Positions 49,901 to 61,900 of a DNA stretch of 64,000 nucleotides are shown piece after piece (position 1 is the stretch's first letter; every line of letters begins with the position of its first letter). Origin of the DNA: Octopus bimaculoides (taxonomy: Eukaryota); contig NC_068984.1 of NCBI RefSeq assembly GCF_001194135.2, forward strand, positions 43,052,185 to 43,116,184, in the 5' to 3' direction. The notes under the pieces were generated by a model. The model had not been told where the DNA came from, made no database searches, and was given only the letters and a program-made list of their open reading frames with translations. The position numbers were made by a program, and so were the translations under genes.

Positions 49901-52900
49901 AGGTTGTTGTGTTTGTTTTTTGGGCATGCTTCACCCATTCTCACTTCTGACCTGACATCATTCAAATATTCAAGCATGTTAAGATTATTGTCCTTACTGG
50001 AGGTAGGAATAGGTGTTAGCAGTGTTGTAAGTATAAGCATTATGGTAAAAAAAAAAATAATAATAATATAAATTTAAGAGGTGTTGCAAATATGGATATT
50101 TCAATGTTAGATTAAGTTAGATTAAGTTGCATTTGTCCAGAGAGGGGGGGGATTGAAGGTATGATGGAGGGTACCACCAGCAAGGAGAAGGTGTTTCAGA
50201 CAGAGAAAGAGAGGACACACACACAGAAGAACAAGCGCACACGTACAGCCCATTAATTTTCTCCTTCAATTGATATGTGCATGGAAAATTACTGAGTAGT
50301 TGTTGGCATATTTCTAAACGAAACGAAAGATAGTCGGTTAAGTAGGTGGGCAGTTAACCTAGTTGCATTTGTCCCAGGAGAGAGAGAGCATGCTGGTAAT
50401 ACAGAGAACAGCACCAGTGAGGAAGGGGGATTGAGACAAGAGTCATCTGGTAATGGACGTGACAAATTTCTAGACAGAATGAAATGAAAGATAGCTGGTT
50501 AAGTAGATGGGCAGCTGAGCTAGTTGCATTTGTCCCAGGAGAGAGAGAGAGTGCAGGTAATATATAGAGAACAGCCCAGTGAGGAGGAGAGGTTGAGAGA
50601 AGAGTCATCAGGTAATGGTAGTGAGAGGAGAGAGAGATATCTGGCGTAGATGGTGGGAAGATAGAGATATCCGGTATGGGTTGTTGGGGCGGGAGAGGTG
50701 GGCACACCGCGGACAAAGTTTAATTTTGGCAGATGGTACGAGGAACGAAAGTAGTAGTAGTAGTAATAATAATAATATACATTCAGATTGTTCATGGCAG
50801 ATGAGAAATTAAACCAAAGAAACGAGTAATTATTGTAACGAAATTACATAAGAGATGAAGAGGTTATATATTGAGGGGATCAGTTTAAATGGTTAGCTTC
50901 TGAAAACTAGCTGTTAGTAAACAATACATTTAAAGTATTAATGAGGAATGAATGTATGAAAGATTGCAAAAAACGAGAGAATCTTAACTTAGCAATACGT
51001 CATCAACACTTGGCGACTGGGCAAGAATATGTAGAAGGAGATGTGTGGAACAGAACTGAACAGATTGGAATGGAAGGGAGCTCATGGGATAAGGATTTTT
51101 ATTTTTAGATAGAAACTGCAACCAGAAGCAAGTTTAATTTGAGAAGATGGCTTGAGGAACGAAAGTAGTAGTAGCAGTAATAATAATTTATATTCAGAGT
51201 GTTCATGGCGGATGAGAAATTAAACCAAAGAAACAAGAAATTAAACAAGCCAAGAGGCAAGTAATTATTTTAACAAAATTACATTAGAGATGAAGACTGC
51301 TATTTCTAGAATGACAGACATCCACATAGATGCCCCATTGTTAACTCATAATAGATAACAGTAAAAAAAAAATTATTTAAAAAAATCTGTACATGTCATA
51401 AAACACCTGATAGATTATTCATTATTTCTCTACACTTTTGTTATTTGTTTCTCTTCTCTGCCAGGCTATAATCCAAGCAGCAGCTATAGCAGTGGACTAC
51501 AGGCAGCAGTTCCACAGGGACATAATTATTGATTTAGTGTGTTTCCGTCGATGGGGCCACAATGAACTTGATGACCCAATGTTTACTCAGCCTATCATGT
51601 ATAAAGCAGTAGAAAGTCGTATGAGTATACCTGATATGTATGCTCAGCAACTTACGGTAAAATACATTAACTCTTCCTTTGCATGTTTATTTTGTTCTGA
51701 ATCATGTGTAAATGTTATTTACTCCAAAGTAATTATTACGGCTTCTTAAAGTTATTTTATATGATTTTTTTTTTTTTGTCACTGAAAGATTCATATTTCT
51801 AGTTTAAATAAATATTTATTCTTTGTAACTTGTGAAAGATTCATTTTTACAGAGGAGGCAGAGTGTAAGCAACTGAATTAAATCTGATATATTGCTGTTA
51901 TTTTTGCTATTAACTTTAGTGGGATTTAAACTCAGAATGAACAAAGATAAAATTACATATTATAAAGTATTTAGTTCACTGGTCTGTTACAAATATATAA
52001 TCTTTCTTGTAATATATATTTTTAGAAAGCTAACATGGAAATATGGTACTTTAAATAAATTCTATAAAAGATAAAATCATTGAACAAAAATTAAATATAC
52101 AACATACTGTATATGCAAGATAGTCTTATATACTGGATAGGAGGCAACATGCCTTCTTGTAGAGAAGTTGTTAAAGGATTTATTTGATCCAGGGTTTACT
52201 TGTTGCTTAGGAGTTTAAGCTAGATGAAAAATAAATAAAATACTTTTCAAAGAAATTGCCAGAAGCTGCAGAGAAAGCAACTTAAGACATCTGGCTCAAG
52301 AAAAGATGAGTGATGTTTTTTGGTACAGTTAGTTACTTCTACTTAAAAAGATCAAATGTTGAGGCTGACACAAATGTCTAGCTGAATCACAACATTTGAC
52401 TTAACCAATTTTGTGCTACTCTGCAGGAGTTTTGTCACTTGGCCTTTGGTAACTCTGGTGTTGCTGTGAAAGGGGTCGGAACATCTACAGAGATCTTCAC
52501 CAGGGCAGTCAGCATTTGGTCAAGGACCCCTTATTTTCATACTCACTGCTAACCTCTATATCTAGATGTTCTATCCTAATCTTATACTGGATTGGCAAAA
52601 GCATTTGAGCATCAGGCAAAATACCTAGTGGTATTTATTTACATCCTTTTATATTTTAAGTTCAAATCTTTCAGAGATCAACTTCATTATTCTTCTGATG
52701 GGTATGCATCAGTAAAATAAAGTATCAAGGCCGATATAATCAGCTATATCCACCCAACAGAGTCAAGGCCTTGTGCTTATGTGAAAAAATACTATATCTG
52801 AAATAATGAAAAGTTACATGATGGGAAAATTTAATGGCAATAATAGAACAACATTTAGTAGAGTAAATACAATGAGGTTTCATTGCTATTTTCTAAAAAT

Positions 52901-55900
52901 GTCATATTATAACTATTATGTATATTTTTATTTAATCAGCAACAAGATCTGTGCACTGAGTCTGAACTGAAATCCTTTGTTCAAGAATGGAATAATGTCC
53001 TGGTTGAAAACTTCAATAAAACAGATAGCTACATACCTGAGGTAAACATAGGCTTCTTGGTTATAAACTGAGTAAAAGTTGTTGCATTATACAGGGTGTC
53101 CACAAAGTCTGGGTACGTTGAGTAAATAAAATCATGACATAAAGAATTAAATATAAGAAATAATAACTTCTTAAAGTATGTGTTAATCTCCATGTGGGCA
53201 CATGGAGTAAATAAAATCATAACATAAACAATTAAATATAAGAAATAATTTCTTAAAGTATGTGTCAATTCCCAAGTACCCAGACTTTGTGGACACCCTG
53301 TATATTGATTAAAATGTTGTTTGCATGGGCAATTGCCAGTTTTCTTCAGAAACTTTACGTGGCCCTGCAAATACAGATGCAGGTAAAAGGTCAATCTCAA
53401 CTGACAGAGACCTCTGGATATTGCTGATAGCCCCAGTTTAGCTCTGATTAATTAGAGCCATAATCAAAAGCATTCTTTTTAAATGGCATCCAAAATTACA
53501 TTATGTATTGGAGTGGTTCTCAATCTTTTTGACTTTGCAATGTGCTGGAGGTGAAAGAAAATATTACTTCCATACATGGAAGGTTAAAAAATGCCTTAAA
53601 GTTAAAAAAAAATACTTCTAGAAAAACTATTTACTACCTTGTTTTATTAATCATACTTGTGTATAACACATCTTTCAAGACACTGAAGCATTAGTATGGG
53701 CTTTCTAAAGCCTTAAATCATATTTTTTAAATACCATGTGACCTTTTTCATTTTAATATGCTAACAGAGGTGTGATTTGATGTGAATTTTACTGCTATTT
53801 CTAGCAGATTGAATAGCACTTAGAAGCTCAAACTGAATTATGAGGTTTCCTTCCATCAAATTTGGAAAAATGAGTTGGTCATGGTCTGTTAGGTGTGTGG
53901 AGAAGCGCTAGACAATGAAAACACTGAGAAAACCTTAAGGTCTTAGAAATATCCATCTGTATTTGATGGGGAGGACATTTTGATAGTTTTGAGAATAAGA
54001 GATATACACCTATTGCAGAACTAATTGGCAGTGTCTGCTGGATTTAAATTTTAGAAAAACTTGAATCTACAGAAGAACAAACATCATCATCATCGTTTAA
54101 CAACCGCTTTCCATGCTAGCATGGGTTGGACGATTTGACTGAAGACTGGTGAAACCAGATAGCTACACCTGGCTCCAATCTGATTTGGCAGATTCTCTAC
54201 AGCTGGATGCCATTCCTAACGCCAACAATTAGAAAGAAACGAAAGATTGTATTATCCATTGTGTCCTTTCTTTAAGAAGCTAAGATATTTTCTGAGAGGA
54301 ATTTGTTTGCTATTCTGGCAGGTTAAGCAACTATACACTGGCTTCTTTGTTGGCCAGCTATATGCATTTTAAAGAAGTAAAGAACTTAATTTTAAGTAAG
54401 ACTAAATTCTGCCAACTTTAGCAAAGACATCTTACCTAGAAGAGCTGTAACCTTAAATATAAATTACAATATGAGAGACATCCAGATGTAAAATTATCAC
54501 CACCACCAATCATGAAAAAATTCAAATAACAATAGAAATTGGTAGTTTTCTCTTTAGTGTATGCATCAAGTGAGGATAAATAAATGTAAAATATTAATGA
54601 TGGTGGTGACTATCTGATCAATACCAAGTATTATTATTTCAGACAATTATAAAACAAATTTGCTCTACAAGATGTATGGCCTATTTTTGAAATCTAAATT
54701 ACTCAACATGGCAAAATGCATATAAAACAGGAAAATGTAAATTGAAATAGGACAAAAAAAAGTGAAAAATTTGATAAGGAAGCTAGAATATGTAACAAAA
54801 CTTAGAAATTTGTTCATAGATGATCTAATTGCTAGATTAAGTTTTGATAAATTCTTTGCATGATTCTTCACTAATGTTCCCAATTCTTTACTCTGAAATA
54901 CAGCAATTCCACCTGCTGAAACAATGGGATGGTTATGTTCAAGCTTCTGACAACATTACTTCCTGGGATACTGGAGTTGATGTAGATGTACTGAAATTCA
55001 TTGGTGACAAGTCTGTGACTGTTCCAGAGACAACAGTAAGTGGCCACATATTTATTTTCCGCATACTTTTTTACTGACTGATTCATTTTTTATTCATTAG
55101 TCTCTAAAGAAGGAGGAAGAGCATGACTGAACCCAATGGAATACTATGTGAGGGAGACTAACCTCATTAATATTAATTTTGAATTGAAGATGATTTGTGT
55201 GAGAGAGGAATAAGGTAATAATGATACAAATGGGAGGAGATGGTTCTAGAGTGATGCAGTTTTGGAAAGGGTTCTATTGAAAAACATGTGCACAGTATAG
55301 GGCCTTGGAAGTGAGATGAGGCATAGTGGGAGAAAAGAAAGAAAAATTAAGTTAGAAGGGTTTGACAGTTTGGCATGTGTTTCTTTAATACCTACTTCAA
55401 TCTGGTTTCCTTTTTACCATAACTTAATATTTAGCACGTGGGGTAACCATGTATCTCCTCTACTGCAAGACACTTTTTCTTTTATCTCTCTATCATTCTG
55501 TAACCTCTCATCACCTGGCACAAAACCACCTTCCTCAATACTATTCCCTGCTCAGTTGAGGCATCTTTGTCTTGCAAGTTAATTAACGACCTTGCTGGTG
55601 CTGATGTTATGTAAGAGCACCAAGTACACTCTGTAAAGTGGTTGGCATTAAGAAGGGCATCCAAGCATAGAAACCAAGCCAAAGCAGACAGTAGAGCTTG
55701 GCGCAGTCTTCTGGCATGCCAACTCCTGTCCAACCCATGCCAACATGGAAAGCAGACATTTAGTGATGATGATTATGTTACTCATTTAAGATGCATTAAT
55801 AAAAGAAACCAATGATTTGTATCTCATTATGAACAAATACATTTCATAAATTAGTCAGAGGATGAAACCAGTGTATCAGATTGATAGGACTGCATTTTAC

Positions 55901-58900
55901 GTTCATAAGAGATAACATCTCATTCACTCTTGAATATGACTGGTCTATTATAAGAAATGTTTCTTGTGCCCTGAATTAGAATTTGCAATGTAAGTCAATG
56001 ATTGCCTTGTCACTTTCACAACACTAGTAATGTCACTATGGCAGTAAATTTTACAACCTTCTTAGTTCAAGTTAGTCTCACCTATTGATTAGTATGTTGA
56101 TCATTGACTGAACACAGTGCCAGTAACATGATGTAAACCATTAGCTTCTCAGCTGGATGCCTGGTTCCTTCTCAACGTGTCGTGTCATTTACACAAATGA
56201 AAGACTCAACTTAAAAGATTCTATCAAAGAATGTAACCAAGATATTAATATTTGATTAGTTAAATTTACTAATTTATTACAATACTATATTGTTTTAGTG
56301 CAATGCTGAACTAGCCAAATGTAGAGAAGGTATGCTAATTTCCATTAGTTCAAAAAGGAACAAACAATTTATATAGGTACAATAAGTTGTTAACCTATAC
56401 CAGAACAATAGGGAGGAAATTGTAATGTATGTTGCTAGTGAAATCCAGTGTGTATTATTTTGAGTTAGAATTAATTTAATGGTATTTTTTACTACATCAA
56501 TACCTATATTTTATCTTTCAGAATGTCCACCCGACTATTCAAAAGACACATATTGATCGCCGTAAAAAGCAAATTGAAGCTGGAATAGACTTGGACTGGG
56601 CAACTGCTGAATCTTTGGCTATTGGTTCTCTTCTGTACCAAGGTATTCAAAATTCTATTTTATTTCATAATTTTCAGAGATCACATTATAATCAGGATAT
56701 AGTTGGATATTTTAATGTTTTTAGCTAAGAACAGTTTGATTTATTTAGAGAAGTATACTAGGGTAATCTTAAAAGATAGCTTTAATTAACTTGAGACTAC
56801 ACAAAATTACCTTCATACAACTTTGCACTGATCTTAAAATAAAAACTGCATGCAAAACTGTTTACATTTTTGACATGGTGCCCTCAACAGATACAGAATG
56901 CTTACTGTTGAAATGTCCTCAGCAGTTATGGCCCATGTTTCACTGCCATGTGGCATGGCTGTTCGCACACATGCGTCATACAGTCTACCTTTTACTTTGG
57001 CACCAGTGATGTTGCAACTCATTTCTACTGCTGAGTGAACTGGAGCAATGTGAAATAAAGTGTCTTGCTCAAGAACACAACACAGCCAGGCCCAGGAATC
57101 AAAATCACTACCTCGTGATTGTGAGCCCAATGCTCTAACAACTAAGTCACGTGCCTTTATTGTACACCACTTAATATCATGTGAAGTTACATGAAATATC
57201 ACGTAACCAAATCCAAAACAGAGATAGTGTCACCACCATTTTATAAATAGAGAATTTGAAAGTTGCAAATTATAAAGCATGAAACCTAAAGTAATGAAGA
57301 AAACCCACAATTAAATGTATACATACACATATAATAGGCTATTCAAAATTAAGTAACTTTACTTGAGACTCAATGCAATGCTGGCCCTGAAATAAGAATT
57401 GTCACTCCATTTGGTTCAATATCCTTATAAAGTTTGTTAGCTATGACTGACATTTTCTGTATCAAATTGCAATATTCTAGTCTTAAGGCATGTATATTAT
57501 TTAATCCTGTAGGTTTTAATGTTCGCATTAGTGGACAAGATGTTGGCCGGGGAACCTTTAGTCATCGTCATGCAATGATTGTTGATCAAAAGTCAGATGA
57601 TATCTATATACCACTGAACCATATATCATCTGACCAGGTTGGTTGCTTTGAGGTAGGTAACATTACTTAATCTTTATGTATTTTTCCTACATGTTACCTA
57701 GGTATATACCAGGAATATCTTGTGTGTCCATATCTTTGTTAATGATAACCAGTAAAATAGCCAGTGTTGTATTTTAAAAAATGGCAATTAGGGTGTTGGG
57801 CTTGTGATCATAATGCCTTGGGTTTAATTCCTAGGCTCAGTAGTGCATTACACTGTGACCTTGAGAAAAATACTTAATTTTACATTGCTTCTGTTTATTC
57901 AGCTAAAACGAGTACCAGCCAAATGCTGGTAGGGTCATTCCTCTCAAGGCTGTCATATCCTGGATGTTCTAGAGTATCAAGGGTGGTAGTCAGTCTACTC
58001 ATGATTATATATGAACCTAAAACAATTTGTAAAAGCATAGTATTTGATTTGCTATTACATCATACTCATTTACAAGTGACATTTATGAAATATAAACACA
58101 CATCTGCACATGATGAACTTCTGCATGATGTTTGTGCAGAAACCAGTGAATCCATCAGCAGTGGCTACATTTTCTCACTGAAGAAATTTTTTCTTTAGCT
58201 TTCTGAAACTCCTGAATCATTTGCTAGTGAATTTGAATAGTCTAGTAAAAGATAGTCATAAGTTTGATATTACAGTGTTTAGTCTTTAAAGCTCTTGTAT
58301 CTATGGCACAATTCTTTTAAAGAGTATTATTATACGAAAATAGGATTTGAATCTCTAGAGAGAAAGTGCCAGAATATATACAATTAGGCATCATGGCTGA
58401 TGCTCTAACAATTCCATCAATTTACTGCTATAGTTTGGTGCTACATTTGCTTGTCCTTTAAAGGGTGGAAAGCAAAGGTTACGTCAGCAGAGTCTTAAAT
58501 ATCACAAGGCACTCTCTCTGACTGTCTCTGTGAAGTCTGGTACTTTTCTTTTGCTGCTGCACCACTAAGTTACAGGGATGTGAAAAAAAACAAAACAACA
58601 AACTGACACTGGTTTTCAAGCAGTGGTGGGGGACAAACACAAACACAAAGACATACATATAAGCATATACATGTGTGTCTCTGTGTGTATGTACGTGTTT
58701 ATATGCATGCACACACACACACACACACCAAATTCATTCACAAGGCATTAGTCAGCTTGGGGCGATAGTAGAAGATGTTCAAGGTGCTGCACTTTGGGAC
58801 TGAACCCAAAACTCTGTGGTTACATAGTAGGCTTCTTAACCACGTAAAGTAGATAAAGTCTACTATTGAAGTCTCGGTGTTCTGACTATAAATACAATGC

Positions 58901-61900
58901 ATTGCTGGTGACAGAAAATGAATCCCGCTGATATCTTGGTAACCTTTTCAACATCTTATTGGCATAAACATCTACAAATTCTAAAATAATTTACTGGAAG
59001 TTTTGACAAAATCCTCTTTTAATTTTTATTTTTTCTCGGTTTTGTATCAGAATTTTGTACAGAAACCACTGAGAACTTGTAATTTTGTTGGTGGCAGCAA
59101 TCGTATTGTTTATTTGTAATTTTGTTTGCTTTTAAAGGCAGCTAACAGCGTTCTATCAGAGGAAGCAGTGCTTGGTTTTGAATATGGCATGAGTCTGGAG
59201 CATCCTAAAAACCTTGTTATTTGGGAAGCTCAATTTGGTGATTTCTTTAATGGAGCACAGCCTATTATTGACACATATGTAACTAGTGGAGAAAGTAAGT
59301 ATACCATTTTGTTTTTTTGTTTTTTAAGAAATCTGTTATATATTTATTTCATACGTTTTCCTTTTCTAGCATTTATAAGAGAGTATATTTTAGAGCAATT
59401 GTTATTTCAGCTGGATGTCTTTTCATTTAATCCATTCAACTGTGGACTTAGATGAGTCAATAAAAGAAACCTTTGTAATCACTCTATGCATTCTAAAAGT
59501 AGTGCCCAAATTTCTCTCAAATAATACAGAACCCTACCGCTTTCAAAAAAAAAGGACACATTGGATAATGTATTCTTAGGTATACCCTTAAAAAAAACGG
59601 GTAGTCATAACTAGACTGCTTTTGTTCATAGATCTATTCATTCAGTGTTGACCAGCTGCTAAACAACCGTTCACCGACAAATTGAGAAAGGTAGAGTTAC
59701 GTCCCTTGTGCAGTATCACTACCATAGCTATAGCACGATTTCAACATACGACGTGTTATCTCTGTAGTTGTAGTTAGTTCTGCACATTAATTTTATAACT
59801 ATCGAGTCGTAGCTTTTATAGAGGTGTATATTAGTTTACATATTTTAGGTTTTTATTTATTTTCGTTTGATATAGACAATTTTCTCCATATTAAAATGTA
59901 TTTTCATATTATGTTAAACTGGTTGTACACACACATAATGAAACATATTTACAATGAACATTACACTCATGCGTGCACGCATTCACCCACACGTGTTTGC
60001 TTCAATAACCACAGGGGTTTACAAAAAGACTGGCAACAGTACACGAAGATACAGGGTGAGATTACATTAAAAAAAAATTAAATAAGAGAAATAAACAAAA
60101 ATTGAAAAAATTCTCCAGACGAGGGAAATCTGAGGGCTACTCATGGAAATCCCACAAAAATTACTGTCGCCCTGACTACTAAGGCGAGTGTCCTGTCCTT
60201 AGCTGTTCTACTGTATAATCACAGGGCCTACTCACTCAGACCATGCTTAGCACTCTCATCCTCCTTTCAACAAATTTTATAGGAGGCAGCACTTCCCTCT
60301 AGACCAGTAGTACCCAACAGATTTTTGACCATGCCCCATTGAATCATTTCTAAAATCCTGAATGGTCTAGAGTCTAGACCCTTACTTTCTTTTTCAAGTA
60401 AAGCTGGAAAAAGTTGTTGAATTTATAGCCAAAGGGTAAAGTGCCTATCTTAAGCCCTTTCAGTCTCATCCATACATGATCTCTTTTGCCTAGGCCGCTA
60501 AACAGATAAAAACTGCCTGCCCTTCCTGGCTAAATGAAGGTTTTGACTTAAGTGCAGTAGAATTATTTGTCTTACCCACACATGAAAAGCAGTGTTAGTT
60601 GGTGTGTAGCTTCAAGTTAGCTATGAGTGATGTTTAATGATATAGTCCCTGTAACTCAGCTGTTCTGCTAACATTTCTATCTATTTATAACGTAGTTATT
60701 TCTAAGTTTTTCTTAAGCAGTATTGGGATGTAAACTCAGCAAAATAATTGAATTTAAGTCTAAACAATTTTACATTTGTTTAATTCATAGTTTAGAAAAT
60801 TCCAGATTACATTATTTTTTTTGTTTCCTATCAGAATGTTCTTGAATCTATGTATGTCTTCTTCAGCAAAATGGCTACTTCAGAGTGGCTTGGTGATGTT
60901 ACTTCCACATGGTTTTGATGGTGCTGGACCCGAACATTCTTCATGCCGTATTGAACGATTCTTACAGGTAAAATACCTAGTTCATTAGTCAGACAGTGTT
61001 AATGACTACAATGAGAAAAGAAGTTGTGTTAATTATTATGGTTATTAATTTTACAGTAAATGCTAGTTTGACACTTAGCCTCACTGTTAATATCATTAGT
61101 ATTACTACTGTAGTGTTTTTTATATNNNNNNNNNNNNNNNNNNNNNNNNNNNNNNNNNNNNNNNNNNNNNNNNNNNNNNNNNNNNNNNNNNNNNNNNNNN
61201 NNNNNNNNNNNNNNNNNNNNNNNNNNNNNNNNNNNNNNNNNNNNNNNNNNNNNNNNNNNNNNNNNNNNNNNNNNNNNNNNNNNNNNNNNNNNNNNNNNNN
61301 NNNNNNNNNNNNNNNNNNNNNNNNNNNNNNNNNNNNNNNNNNNNNNNNNNNNNNNNNNNNNNNNNNNNNNNNNNNNNNNNNNNNNNNNNNNNNNNNNNNN
61401 NNNNNNNNNNNNNNNNNNNNNNNNNNNNNNNNNNNNNNNNNNNNNNNNNNNNNNNNNNNNNNNNNNNNNNNNNNNNNNNNNNNNNNNNNNNNNNNNNNNN
61501 NNNNNNNNNNNNNNNNNNNNNNNNNNNNNNNNNNNNNNNNNNNNNNNNNNNNNNNNNNNNNNNNNNNNNNNNNNNNNNNNNNNNNNAAGTCAATAGCTAT
61601 CTTTTATAAATTATATTTCATATTTTTTCTGTGTCAGTCATATTTTCATATTTGTTTGTCAAATCTTCAGGCTTCTCAGCCATATATATATATATATCTT
61701 TTTTTGACTATGTCAGTTAAGCTAATTTCAACAGATAGCCTGTGGCCTCGCTCAGTTAGCATTTACCTGGTTTTCTATCACTTAATTTTTTGAAATTGTA
61801 CAATCAAACATTGTTAGTTATCTACCATGATTGAAGATTCCCACCTAGTGGATACCTGTATGCGATGAGTTGAATGTGAAATGAACTGTTGCAAATTCAT

